Positions 51,075 through 61,084 of a DNA stretch of 64,000 nucleotides are shown here, piece by piece. This DNA comes from Candidatus Eiseniibacteriota bacterium. Its GTDB lineage: Bacteria > Eisenbacteria > RBG-16-71-46. Every line of letters starts with the position of its first letter. Position 1 is the first letter of the stretch. The DNA is taken from assembly GCA_044223005.1 (NCBI GenBank), contig JBGAML010000002.1, forward strand, positions 224,001 through 288,000, given 5' to 3'. A program made the position numbers and the translations under genes. The notes under the pieces were generated by a model that worked only from the letters and a program-made list of their open reading frames with translations, was not told the DNA's origin and searched no databases.

Positions 51075-53429
51075 TTGCGCACCTCACCCCCGAGATTCCT
51101 CGCTTCCCTGCTGCTGGCCGCGTCCCTCCTGGGTTCTCTCGCGTCGACCGCGTTCGCGGCCACCCCGTTCCCGATGGCCAGCGGCAACTACTCCGAGAAC
51201 TTCTCCGACATCGCCAACTGGACCGCCAACTTCGCTTCCGGCATCGGCGCGCAGTACTGGGCGTCCGTGGGCGTCGGCGGCTCGGCCGCGATCCCCGATC
51301 CCACGCACACCACCGTGAGCACCGCGGCGTTTACGACCGGCACCACGGGCGGCCTGCAGAAGGGGAGCGGCAACATCCAGCTGCTCTCGACCAACGGCAC
51401 CGACTTCACGAACGCGTGCGCGATCGACCTGCTGCTGGACTTCACGGGCATGACCGCCGGGACGATCAGCTACGACTTCGCGACCGTGTCCAACTCGACC
51501 GGCAACCGCAACGGCTCGCTGCGCGTCTACACGAGCATCGACGGCGTCAACTTCACCGAGCTGAGCGGGGCGTCGGTCCTCGACTTCACGAACAACGTCG
51601 CGTTCACGAAGGCGGTGCAGCTCGTGCAGCTGCCGGCCAACTTCGACAACTGCGCGACGGCGCGCATCCGCTTCTACGACTACAACGGCACCGGCCCCGT
51701 GGGCTCCTCGGGTGCGCGTCCCAAGGCGTCGATCGACAACGTCGCCGTGACCGGCACGCTCATGGGCGGCGGCGGTCCGGCCGGCCCCGTGATCTCGAGC
51801 ATCTCGACGATCCCCGGTACGCCGCTCGACACGCTGGGCGTCGACGTGCAGGCGAGCGTGGTCGACACCGCACGCGCGATCAACGCGGTCTCGCTGGCGT
51901 GGGGACTCACGAGCGGCTCGCTCTCGAGCGTCATCAGCATGGGGCCGACGACGGGCAACTTCTGGCAGACCTCGCTGCCGATCCCGCAGCACTCGGGCGG
52001 CACGGTCGTCTACTACCAGATCACGGCGGTCGACGATTCGGTCACCGCGACCTCGCCGATCCTGAGCTTCACCGTCACCGGCACCGGCGGTTCGAGCAGC
52101 GGCGCGCCGGTCATCACGTCGGTCTACGAGGCCGGCGACTCCACGCTGCAGGTGTTCTTCAACACCGCGGTGGACCCGGTCACTTCGCAGATCCCGACCA
52201 ACTACAGCGTCAACGGCATCGTCGCCACGAACGCGGTGCGCGACGGCTCGCTGCTCTCGATGGTCACGATCACCGTGCCGGGCATTCCCGCCGGCGACCG
52301 CACGCTCACGGTGAACGGCGTCGGTGACCTCGCGGCGCACTTCAACAGCAACGCGACGTACGGCTTCCACTGGGTCGACGTCTCGATCCCGGCGGGCTAC
52401 TACGACAGCGTCACGGGCCTGAAGGGCTACGCGCTGCTCGCCGCGTTGCACTCGATCATCAAGGCGCACACGGTGATCAGCTACAGCAACACCGCGAACT
52501 GCTTCCCGCGCACGGACCGCCGCCCCGACGGCAACGTCTGGGACGTGTATTCCGACATCCCCGGCGGCACGCCGCCGTACGAGTTCGCGTTCGGTCCCAT
52601 GGGCTCGGGCGGCAGCGAAGGCATCGCGTACAACCGCGAGCACTCGTTCCCGCAGTCGTGGTTCGGCGGCAGCGTGTCGCCCATGTACTCGGACCTCTGG
52701 ATCATCTACCCGACCGATTCCAAGGTGAACGGCATGCGCGGCAACTACCCCTACGGCGTGGTCGGCACGGCGACCTGGACGTCCCTCAACGGGTCCAAGC
52801 TGGGCAGCAGCGCATCGGCCGGATACGGCGGCACGGTGTTCGAGCCGATCAACGGCTACAAAGGCGATCTCGCCCGCAGCCAGTTCTACGTCTCGACGCG
52901 ATACTTCACCGAGGACTCGTCCTGGCCGGGGAGCGGCTCGGCGAACAAGTCGCAGCAGCTGCCCTGGGCCGCGGCGCAGTACCTCGCCTGGAGCGTCGGC
53001 GATCCGGTGAGTTGGAAGGAGCGCGTCCGCAACGGCGCGATCTACGAGTACCAGCACAACCGCAACCCGTTCGTCGATCATCCCGAGTTCGTGAGCTACA
53101 TCTACGACTCGACCAACGTCACCGGCGTCGCGCCGACGGCGACGAACCTGGCGACGATGCTGCGCCCCGCGAGCCCGAATCCCTTCGGCGCCCGCACGGT
53201 CCTCGCGTACGACCTCGCGACGCGCGGCCGCGTCTCGCTGCGCATCTATGACGTGACGGGCCGGCTCGTGCGCTCGCTGGTCCCCGGCATGGAGCAGGCG
53301 GCCGGGCACTACACGCTCGACTGGGACGGCCGTGACGACGCCGGCGCGTCGACGGCGGCCGGGCTCTACTTCAGCCGGATCGACGTCGATGGCGCGAGCG
53401 ACGTGCGGAGACTCGTGCGCGTCCGCTAA
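51075..53429 (+). CDS. Secreted endonuclease I family nuclease with N-terminal beta domains and FlgD-Ig/T9SS-like C-terminal domain
   Basis: Probable TTG start and signal peptide. NREHSFPQSWF, N..RGNYPYG, KGDLAR..FY, QHNRNPFVDHPE; tail SPNPF...IYDVTGR..WDGRD..G...GLY. Confidence 0.92.
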   Translation: MRTSPPRFLASLLLAASLLGSLASTAFAATPFPMASGNYSENFSDIANWTANFASGIGAQYWASVGVGGSAAIPDPTHTTVSTAAFTTGTTGGLQKGSGNIQLLSTNGTDFTNACAIDLLLDFTGMTAGTISYDFATVSNSTGNRNGSLRVYTSIDGVNFTELSGASVLDFTNNVAFTKAVQLVQLPANFDNCATARIRFYDYNGTGPVGSSGARPKASIDNVAVTGTLMGGGGPAGPVISSISTIPGTPLDTLGVDVQASVVDTARAINAVSLAWGLTSGSLSSVISMGPTTGNFWQTSLPIPQHSGGTVVYYQITAVDDSVTATSPILSFTVTGTGGSSSGAPVITSVYEAGDSTLQVFFNTAVDPVTSQIPTNYSVNGIVATNAVRDGSLLSMVTITVPGIPAGDRTLTVNGVGDLAAHFNSNATYGFHWVDVSIPAGYYDSVTGLKGYALLAALHSIIKAHTVISYSNTANCFPRTDRRPDGNVWDVYSDIPGGTPPYEFAFGPMGSGGSEGIAYNREHSFPQSWFGGSVSPMYSDLWIIYPTDSKVNGMRGNYPYGVVGTATWTSLNGSKLGSSASAGYGGTVFEPINGYKGDLARSQFYVSTRYFTEDSSWPGSGSANKSQQLPWAAAQYLAWSVGDPVSWKERVRNGAIYEYQHNRNPFVDHPEFVSYIYDSTNVTGVAPTATNLATMLRPASPNPFGARTVLAYDLATRGRVSLRIYDVTGRLVRSLVPGMEQAAGHYTLDWDGRDDAGASTAAGLYFSRIDVDGASDVRRLVRVR

Positions 53430-53671
53430 CGGACCGCAAGCACGCGACCTGAGAGCGGCGGCCGCGAGGGTGGCCGCCGCGAACGACAAGGGTACCGGCC
53501 ACCGGCCGGCCGGCGCCGGGTCGCTCGCGTTCACGTGCCGGGCGAACGGGTTACACGTGATGTTTCATCTCCCGTGAGAGGGGCGAACCTCGTATCATGA
53601 ACCGCCCGAGCGCGGGGCCGGGCCCCCCGGCAACGCGCTCCCCGACGACTCCCGAGGCGACCCGCTCCCGC

Positions 53672-55795
53672 ATGCCCCTCCGGCCGCTGCTGCTCCGAAT
53701 GCTCCGATCGCGCCGCGCTCACGGCGCGTTCGCGCTGCTGCTCGTCGCCGCGCTCGCGGCTTCGCGTGCGGATGCGCTCTCGCTGCAGCTGCAGGTGCTC
53801 GGCCCCGGCGGTACGCCGGCGGAGGCGCGACTCCAGGTCATCAGCGTGCAGGGCCTGTCGGTGCCGCACGCGCCGGACGTCGAGCTCATGGCGCACTCGG
53901 GGTACAACGGCACCTACTTCTACCCGACGCCGGGCAGCGCGCTGGAACTCGACCCGGGCACCTACCGCGTGCGCGCGTGGCACGGGCCCGAGTGGTACGG
54001 CTACGAGCAGTCCTTCACGCTCGATCGCGACACGACGCTCGTGGTGCAGCTCTCACGCATGGTCGACCTGCGCCCGCGTGGCTGGTATTCGGGCGACCTG
54101 CATGTCCACGCGGAGCATCCGCCCGTCGAGTACGCGGTGTCGGATGAACGCGCCGTGAGCATCGCACGCGCGGAAGGACTCTCCGTGCTGCACCTGCTCG
54201 ACCAGGCGCGCAGCTTCACCGGGCAGGTGTCGACCCTCTCGGATTCGCTGGTGACGCTCTACTGCACCTACGAGTACCGCAACCAGACCGGCGGCCACGC
54301 GGTGTTCGCGGGCCTCACCTCGGCACTCGGCGACGAATGCTGCCTGCCGCCCGAGGAACCGTGGCCGATGCTGTACGACCTGCATGGATCCCTCGCGGCG
54401 CAGGGCGGTCTGATGGTGCTCGCGCATCCCCGCACGACCACGTTCGACGCGCCGCGGGACGACTGGCCCGGCGCCGGCATGGGACGCGAGATGGCGCTGC
54501 TGGGGGCGCTGGGCGGCATGGAAGCCATGGACGCCGTCTCGTACAGCAACGAGCCCGACGCCGACTGGAGCGATTGGTACGACCTGCTTTCGAGCGGCCT
54601 CGACATCCCGCTGTCGGCGGGCACGGACGCCGTGCTCGACTGGTACGACCACCCGCCGGCGGGCGGCTGGCGCGTCTACGTGCAGGTGGCCGCGGGGACG
54701 TCGAGCTTCTATTCGCGCTGGCTCGCCGGGTTGCGCGCCGGGCGGACGTTCGCGACGTGCGGTCCGCTGGTCCCGCGCTTCGAGATCTCCGGCGTGGCTC
54801 CGGGCGGGACGCTCGCGCTCTCCTCGGACACCCTGCAACGGCCGCTGCGGATCGAGGCCCGGTGCGAGCACGGGCTCGCGAAGCTCGCGCTGATCGCCGA
54901 CGGTGCGGAGGTCTGGAGCGCGGCCGTCGGCGGCCGCGAGAGCATCGACACCACGCTCACGCTCCGCATCACGACTCCGCGGTGGCTCGCGCTGCGCGTC
55001 GACGGGGCCAGCAGTCCCCCCGGGCTGAACGGCCTGGCGTCCGTCGGGCACACGAACGCGATCCGCGTGACGCTGAACGGAAATCGTCGCCCGCTGGCCA
55101 CCACCTGCGCCCGGCTCTGGGACGAGGTCCTCGACTGGGAGAACATGCTGATCGGCGACTCGACGCTGACGGCCGCGCACGCCGATTCGGTGCGCGCGCG
55201 CGGCGCCCGGGCGCGCGCCGTCTACGGCAAGCCGTGGGTCACGCGCAGCGGGTCGTTCCGCATGCTGACTGCCGGGGCCGTGGCGCCGGCGCGCTTCACG
55301 TGGCGGCGCTCGACCGACACCGAGGCGAACGATCGCGTGCGCTACCTGGTCGAGGTCGACACGGCATCCACGTTCCCCGCGCCCATGACCTGGACGTGCG
55401 AAGACACCACGCTCGTGGTCTCGCCCGCCAAGCACGGCCCGTGGTGGTGGCGCGTGACGGCGATCGACCGCGGCGGCAACAAGCGCGTCGCGCAGAACGC
55501 GCCCAAGCTCTCGGGCGACGCGCCGCTCGACGCGCCGCCGCCGATGGCGACCCGCGCGGCCCGCGCCTATCCGAATCCGGCCCGCAGCGAAGTGCGGCTC
55601 GAAGGCTTCTCCGCGGACGCGCGCGTCTTCGACACTGCCGGCCGTGTCGTCGCCTCCCGCGGGCGCGGCCTCGAGCCCGCGGGCAACGCGTTCACGTGGC
55701 GGCTCCGTGGCGCAGGGCGCGCCGTGCCGCCGGGCCTCTACTTCGTCGCCGATCCCGCGCGGGCCCGGACCACGCGCATCGTCGTCCTGCCCTGA
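53672..55795 (+). CDS. Secreted CehA/McbA-like PHP metallohydrolase with degenerate C-terminal sorting-like domain
   Basis: Signal peptide; GWYSGDLHVH, AHP, SAGTD, W..GLRAGRTFAT.GP; tail YPNP...FDTAGR...PGLY. Start could be 53597. Confidence 0.85.
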   Translation: MPLRPLLLRMLRSRRAHGAFALLLVAALAASRADALSLQLQVLGPGGTPAEARLQVISVQGLSVPHAPDVELMAHSGYNGTYFYPTPGSALELDPGTYRVRAWHGPEWYGYEQSFTLDRDTTLVVQLSRMVDLRPRGWYSGDLHVHAEHPPVEYAVSDERAVSIARAEGLSVLHLLDQARSFTGQVSTLSDSLVTLYCTYEYRNQTGGHAVFAGLTSALGDECCLPPEEPWPMLYDLHGSLAAQGGLMVLAHPRTTTFDAPRDDWPGAGMGREMALLGALGGMEAMDAVSYSNEPDADWSDWYDLLSSGLDIPLSAGTDAVLDWYDHPPAGGWRVYVQVAAGTSSFYSRWLAGLRAGRTFATCGPLVPRFEISGVAPGGTLALSSDTLQRPLRIEARCEHGLAKLALIADGAEVWSAAVGGRESIDTTLTLRITTPRWLALRVDGASSPPGLNGLASVGHTNAIRVTLNGNRRPLATTCARLWDEVLDWENMLIGDSTLTAAHADSVRARGARARAVYGKPWVTRSGSFRMLTAGAVAPARFTWRRSTDTEANDRVRYLVEVDTASTFPAPMTWTCEDTTLVVSPAKHGPWWWRVTAIDRGGNKRVAQNAPKLSGDAPLDAPPPMATRAARAYPNPARSEVRLEGFSADARVFDTAGRVVASRGRGLEPAGNAFTWRLRGAGRAVPPGLYFVADPARARTTRIVVLP

Positions 55796-55810
55796 TCCGC
55801 TCCCGCGCCG

Positions 55811-56425
55811 TCAGTGCGCGGCGCGTGCCGCGAGCGGCGCGCGCACGCTGATCGCGCCGCGCAGGTCCCCGGCCGCATAGCCGGTCGCCTCGTCCGCCGG
55901 GTAGCGCTCGGCCAGCAGCGCCCGCACGGGTGGCGAGAGGCGATCGGCCGGGCCGTGGCAGGCGAGGCAGGGCTCCTGCAGGGCGATCGGCTTCAGGTAG
56001 CGGATCTCGGCGCCGCCCTCCGGCGTGGCGACGACGAGCAGCGTCTCGGCGGGCAACCGGCCGGCGATGCGATCCGCCTCGAACGCGGCGAGCACCGCGG
56101 CTTCGAGCGAATCGGGCGAGTTGCCGGGATTGCGCAGCCGCGTGCCCACGCGCCGAACCGTCACGCCATCGCGCTGGTGGGCTTGCGTGCGGACCTGGGC
56201 GGAATCGGCGCACACCGCGATCGCGGCGCCGGGCCCGCCACGCTCCAGTTCGCTCTTGAGCAGCGTCATCAGGTCGCCGCCGAGCGCGTTCGCCGCGGCG
56301 CGCACGCGCTGGACGTCCGCGGAGTCGGGGGCCGGAACCGAGTGTGCGACGGGCGCGTTCGACGAGCAGCCCGCAGCGAGCACCGAGCCGAGCAGGAGCA
56401 GAGAGAGAGTGATCGTGGCGTTCAT
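55811..56425 (-). CDS. DUF3365 (Tll0287-like) c-type cytochrome lipoprotein
   Basis: Lipobox LAAGC; AI.VC, RNP.N.PD, CLACHG, YP.D.ATGY..GDLRGA.SV. Confidence 0.9.
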   Translation of the reverse strand: MNATITLSLLLLGSVLAAGCSSNAPVAHSVPAPDSADVQRVRAAANALGGDLMTLLKSELERGGPGAAIAVCADSAQVRTQAHQRDGVTVRRVGTRLRNPGNSPDSLEAAVLAAFEADRIAGRLPAETLLVVATPEGGAEIRYLKPIALQEPCLACHGPADRLSPPVRALLAERYPADEATGYAAGDLRGAISVRAPLAARAAH

Positions 56426-56650
56426 GTCGGGTGGCAACCGTTTCGGGTGGTGCACGCCGCGCGGTCGCGCCGCGGGAGCGGTGTGCGCGGGCATGCGATG
56501 GAAGGTCGACGTCTCGGGTGCATCGCTCACATCCCCGGCAGGTGCGGCACGCGCCGCGGGCCTGCACGAGGTGGGTGCGCCGAGCAGTTCTGGACGATTC
56601 GCGCCCGCCACGGCGCGCGGGCGCGGCCGAGCGAGCGTGGAACGAATCGT

Positions 56651-56833
56651 TCAGCGATGTCCGCGGTGGCTCAGCCCGATGATGCGGATCATGCGCAGGT
56701 TGATCTCGACGAAGCGCCACATCTGCCACGGGATGAACGTGCGCCAGAACACCGTCGACGGCGTGGGCTTCGTCGCGTAGAACGCGGGATCCAGGTGGCG
56801 CGGCTTCGCGCGTTCGGCGGGAGTCGTCGTCAT
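56651..56833 (-). CDS. Small 60-aa protein directly downstream of sqr
   Basis: Starts 4 nt after the sqr stop, with GGAG RBS. Aromatic/basic segment FWRTFIPWQMWRFVEINLRM. Confidence 0.75.
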   Translation of the reverse strand: MTTTPAERAKPRHLDPAFYATKPTPSTVFWRTFIPWQMWRFVEINLRMIRIIGLSHRGHR

Positions 56834-56837
56834 GCGC

Positions 56838-58292
56838 TCACTCCGGAATCATGCTCCAGCCCGGACGCAGCCGGGCCTTGTGCAGGAAGAGGTGGTGGAG
56901 AATGATCTTGATCCAGTGGCCCGCGAGCCCGATCTCGCCGAACGTCATGCCGAGATCCCGCCCGTACTCGGGATAGCGCTCGAAGTCCGGCACGATGGGG
57001 AACACGGTCATCGAGGCCGCGGTGCCGGTGAACGGGTTCGCGCCGGCCGACGCCACGCAGGCCGCGCCCATCTCGGCCATCGACGCGCGGTGCGTCGGGG
57101 CCTGCGCGCCGCGGATTATGTCGACGATGCTCTGTGCGACCGCCTTGCCGATCATCGCCGACGGCATGCCCGTCCGCGGCGGGGTGGGCGCGATCGCGAC
57201 GCCGTTCGGGTTCTGGCGCGGCATCGAGATCGGATGCGGCGGGGCGAACGCGATGCCCGCCGCGAACACGTTCTTGTACGCGGGCGACTGGTAGGTGCTC
57301 GGCCAGTCGCGCGCCGACCACTGCTCGTAGGGCTTCGGCGTGTAGTCCGCGTCGACGCGCATGAAGCCGTTCGGCTGGAACATCGTCGACGTGATGTCGG
57401 CGCCGGCTCGGTCGAACGCTTTCAGCCCCACGCCCGAGAAGGGCGGGAGCAGCATCGCGAAGTCGAACGGCTCCTCGTGCTCCTCGCCGGCGAGGTTCGT
57501 ATAGCGCACCTTGTCCGGCAGGACCTCGAGCACGTGTGCGCGCGTGATCCAGCGCAGGCCGCGCTCGGCGAAGAGCGACTCCGTGAAGATCTTGCTCGGC
57601 GTGACGTAGCCGCCGTGACGCAGGTGGATGCCGCCCATGCCGAAGTCGCCGAGCTCGTACTCGTTCGAGATCCACGTGATGTCGGCCATGTCCCGCACGC
57701 CGCGGGCGCGGAGCTCGAACTCGAGGTTGACGATGTACTCGAACGCCGCGCCCTGGCACGTGCAGGTGCCGTGACCGGTCCCGATCAGGAACCGCTGGCG
57801 CTGACCCTGCTGCATCTTGACGACCGCGGCCTCGAGTGACCGGGACGCCTCGTGGGCGTGGCTTTCGGTGCAGACCGACAGGCTGTGCCCTTCGGGCCCC
57901 AGCCCGGGCGTCGCACCGAAGTTGAGCTTCGGCCCGGTGGCGTTGACCAGCCAGTCGTACGCGATCTCCTCGCGCTGGCCCTCGCGGCCGGCGAGCGTCG
58001 ACTCGGCGACGACGAACGGCTTGAGGTCGTCGCCACGGCCCTCGGGGTGGATCTCGGTCGCCTTCGCCTGCACGAACCGGATGCCCGATTTGGCGTAGAC
58101 GGGTGCGAGCGGGAAGGTCACCTGCTTCGGCTTCATCAGGCCGACGCCCACCCAGATGTTGGACGGGATCCAGTTGTAGGTCGCGCGTGGAGCGACCACG
58201 ACGACCTCGTGCTCGCGGCCGAGCCAGCGGCGCAGGAACGCCGCGGCCGTGTGGCCCGATACCCCCGATCCCAGCACCACGATTCGGCTCAT
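56838..58292 (-). CDS. sqr: Sulfide:quinone oxidoreductase-like flavoprotein
   Basis: VVLGSGVSG, WIPSNIW, YD.LVNATG, SVC, CTCQGAAFEY, NVFAAG, PRTG..S, CVAS; AGGAGG RBS. Confidence 0.88.
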   Translation of the reverse strand: MSRIVVLGSGVSGHTAAAFLRRWLGREHEVVVVAPRATYNWIPSNIWVGVGLMKPKQVTFPLAPVYAKSGIRFVQAKATEIHPEGRGDDLKPFVVAESTLAGREGQREEIAYDWLVNATGPKLNFGATPGLGPEGHSLSVCTESHAHEASRSLEAAVVKMQQGQRQRFLIGTGHGTCTCQGAAFEYIVNLEFELRARGVRDMADITWISNEYELGDFGMGGIHLRHGGYVTPSKIFTESLFAERGLRWITRAHVLEVLPDKVRYTNLAGEEHEEPFDFAMLLPPFSGVGLKAFDRAGADITSTMFQPNGFMRVDADYTPKPYEQWSARDWPSTYQSPAYKNVFAAGIAFAPPHPISMPRQNPNGVAIAPTPPRTGMPSAMIGKAVAQSIVDIIRGAQAPTHRASMAEMGAACVASAGANPFTGTAASMTVFPIVPDFERYPEYGRDLGMTFGEIGLAGHWIKIILHHLFLHKARLRPGWSMIPE

Positions 58293-58480
58293 CGCAGGGT
58301 TCCCTCCTGTGGTCCGGCGCGGCGAACAGGCTCCGTCTCGGGGTGAGAGACCCGAGCGGGCGCGGGGATTCGCGGCCCGGGGAAGGCGCGCCCGGGTCCC
58401 GATTGCGGAGGGAAACCGGCTGCGCGACGATGCACGGGCGGCGTGGCCGACGCCGCCCACCCCCACGCAAGGACGTGTCC

Positions 58481-59821
58481 ATGGACCCTGTCTACTGGCA
58501 TCGGCTGCAATTCGCGTTCACGATCACCTACCACTACCTGTTCCCGCAGCTCACGATGGGCCTCGCACTGCTCATCGCGATCATGAAGACGCTCGGCCGC
58601 CGGCCGGGCGGCGGGACGTGGAACGACGCCGCGCGGTTCTGGATCCGGATCTTCGGGATCAACTTCGCGATGGGCGTCGTGACCGGCCTGCCGATGGAGT
58701 TCCAGTTCGGCACCAACTGGGCCGTCTTCGCGCGCACGGCCGGCAACGTGATCGGCCACACGCTCGGCATGGAAGGCCTGTTTGCGTTCTTCCTCGAGTC
58801 GAGCTTCCTCGCGCTGCTCGTCTGGGGCGAGAAGCGGATCGGGCCCACGGGACACTGGCTCGCCTCGCTCGCGCTGTTCGTGGGCAGCTGGCTCTCGGGC
58901 TACCTGATCGTCGCGACGAACGCCTTCATGCAGCACCCCGTCGGCCACGTGGTCGACGCCGACGGCACGATCCGGCTCGCCGACTTCGCGGCGTTCGTGT
59001 TGAACCCGTGGGCGATCGCCGCGTGGCTGCACACCATGACCGCCGCGGTGGTCACCGCGTCGTTCGTCGTGGCGGCTGTCGGCGCCTTCTACGTGCTGCG
59101 CGGGCAGGACGCGCCGGTCGTGCGCCGCTTCCTCGGGCTCGGCGTCACCGCGGGTCTCGCCGCGGCGATGATCGTCGCGTTCCCGACCGGCGACCACCAG
59201 GCCAAGCTCGTCGCGCGCCACCAGCCGATCGCACTCGCGAGCATGGAGGGCCGCTTCGAGAGCGGGCCCTACGCGCGCATCACGCTGATCGGCCAGCCCG
59301 ACGTGGAGAAGCGCCGGATCGACAACCCGCTCCAGGTGCCCGGCATGCTGAGCTTCCTCGCGTTCGGCGCGTTCCACGCCGACGTGCCGGGGCTCGCGGC
59401 GTACCCGCCGGAGCAGTGGCCCGACAATATCGAGCTCCTCTACTACGCGTTCCACGTCATGGTCGGGCTCGGCACGATCTTCATCGGCATCATGGGACTC
59501 GCCGCGTTCCTGCAGCTGCGCGGCGCGCTCGTGCGCACGCGGGCGATGCTCTGGGTGCTGGTGCTCGCGTTCCCGTTCCCGTACATCGCCACCACCGCCG
59601 GCTGGCTGACGGCCGAACTCGGGCGGCAGCCGTGGCTCGTCTACGGGCTGCTGCGCACGAGCCACGGCGCGAGCCCGCTCGTGCATCCGGGCAGCGCGCT
59701 CTTCACGCTGATCGGCTTCGCCGGGCTCTACCTGGTGCTCGGTCTGCTGTTCCTGTTCCTGGTCGGGCGTGAAATCGCCCACGGTCCGGTGTCGGGGCAC
59801 GGGGAGGTGGGCCATGTTTGA
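58481..59821 (+). CDS. cydA: Cytochrome bd quinol oxidase subunit I
   Basis: RLQFAFTITYHYLFP, GVVTG..MEFQFGTNW, EG.FAFFLES, NAFMQHP, FHVMVG, AELGRQPW. Confidence 0.97.
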   Translation: MDPVYWHRLQFAFTITYHYLFPQLTMGLALLIAIMKTLGRRPGGGTWNDAARFWIRIFGINFAMGVVTGLPMEFQFGTNWAVFARTAGNVIGHTLGMEGLFAFFLESSFLALLVWGEKRIGPTGHWLASLALFVGSWLSGYLIVATNAFMQHPVGHVVDADGTIRLADFAAFVLNPWAIAAWLHTMTAAVVTASFVVAAVGAFYVLRGQDAPVVRRFLGLGVTAGLAAAMIVAFPTGDHQAKLVARHQPIALASMEGRFESGPYARITLIGQPDVEKRRIDNPLQVPGMLSFLAFGAFHADVPGLAAYPPEQWPDNIELLYYAFHVMVGLGTIFIGIMGLAAFLQLRGALVRTRAMLWVLVLAFPFPYIATTAGWLTAELGRQPWLVYGLLRTSHGASPLVHPGSALFTLIGFAGLYLVLGLLFLFLVGREIAHGPVSGHGEVGHV

Positions 59822-60860
59822 GCTCTGGTACGGCATCGTCGCCGCGATGCTCACGGCCTACGTGATCCTCGACGGCTTCGACTTCGGCGCCGGCGCCCTG
59901 CACCTGTTCGTCGCGCGCGACGATCGCGAGCGGCGCACGGTGCTGGCCGCGATCGGCCCGTTCTGGGACGCCAACGAGGTGTGGCTGCTCGCCGCGGGCG
60001 GCGCGCTGTTCGTGGGCTTCCCGCGCGTGCTCGCCGCGGGGCTCTCGGGCTTCTACCTCGCGATCTTCCTCGTGCTCTGGAGCCTCATCCTGCGCGGCAT
60101 CGCGATCGAGTTCCGCTCGCACGTGCGCGACCGCATGTGGCGTGGCTTCTGGGACGTGGTGTTCGCGGCCGCGAGCGCGCTGCTCCCGGTGCTGTTCGGC
60201 GCCGCGCTCGGCAACGTGATCCGCGGCGTGCCGCTCACCGCCGACGGCTGGTTCCAGCTCACGCTCTTCACCACGTTCCAGCCACACGGTGCCGTGGGCA
60301 CGCTGGACTGGTACACGGTGCTTGCCGGTGTCTTCGCGCTCGTTGCGCTGACCGCGCACGGCGCGCACTTCCTCGCGTGGCGCACCTCCGGAGCGGTGGG
60401 CGAGCGCGCGCGGCGCGCGGGCCGCGTGCTCGCGATCGTGCTCGCCGCGCTCTGGCCCGTGACCACGTGGGCGACGCTCGCGGTCGATCCCGCATTGCTC
60501 GCGGCTCTGCCGCACCGGCCGCTGGCGATCGCCGGGCTGCTGCTCGCGATCGGCGGTACGATCGCGGTCTTCGTGGCGAACGCGCGCGGGCGCATGCTCG
60601 CAGCGTTCCTCGGCTCGTGCGCATTCCTCGCCGGCATGCTGGTCGCCACCGCGGCGAGTCTCTACCCGGTGATGCTGCGCTCGACCATCGACCCGGCGCT
60701 CTCGCTCACCGCGACGAACGCCGGCGCGACGTCCGCGGGCCTCGCCACCGCGCTGCGCTGGTGGCTGCTCGGGATCCCGCTCGTGATCGGGTACTTCACG
60801 CTGCTCTTCCGCATCCACCGCGGCAAGGCGCAGCCGGCGGCGGACGGCGAGGGATACTGA
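59814..60860 (+). CDS. cydB: Cytochrome bd quinol oxidase subunit II
   Basis: Overlaps the cydA stop. YVILDGFDFG, IGPFWDANEVW, LRGIAIEFR. Confidence 0.97.
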   Translation: MFELWYGIVAAMLTAYVILDGFDFGAGALHLFVARDDRERRTVLAAIGPFWDANEVWLLAAGGALFVGFPRVLAAGLSGFYLAIFLVLWSLILRGIAIEFRSHVRDRMWRGFWDVVFAAASALLPVLFGAALGNVIRGVPLTADGWFQLTLFTTFQPHGAVGTLDWYTVLAGVFALVALTAHGAHFLAWRTSGAVGERARRAGRVLAIVLAALWPVTTWATLAVDPALLAALPHRPLAIAGLLLAIGGTIAVFVANARGRMLAAFLGSCAFLAGMLVATAASLYPVMLRSTIDPALSLTATNAGATSAGLATALRWWLLGIPLVIGYFTLLFRIHRGKAQPAADGEGY

Positions 60861-61084
60861 GCCGCGTCATCAATCCCGTGATCTTCGTCTCGCCCGCGCG
60901 ACGCCCGGCCGGTTCCGCCCGGCCGGGCGTCGTCGCGTCTCGAACTTCCCGCCACTTGCGCCGCCGCCCACGGCATGCGCCCCCTGCGGCCAAACGCGCT
61001 CCGAGCCGAGACTTCGACGCGATCTCGCCCGGCGGGAGGCGCGTGCCTTCCGCTCGTCTCCGTCGTCGTCGTGGGAGGGCCGCC

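Noticed and set aside
51075..53429. Nuclease next to a kinase as an anti-phage defence system
   Set aside because: The nuclease has a signal peptide and a sorting-like tail typical of extracellular endonuclease I, and the kinase pairs with the ECF sigma.
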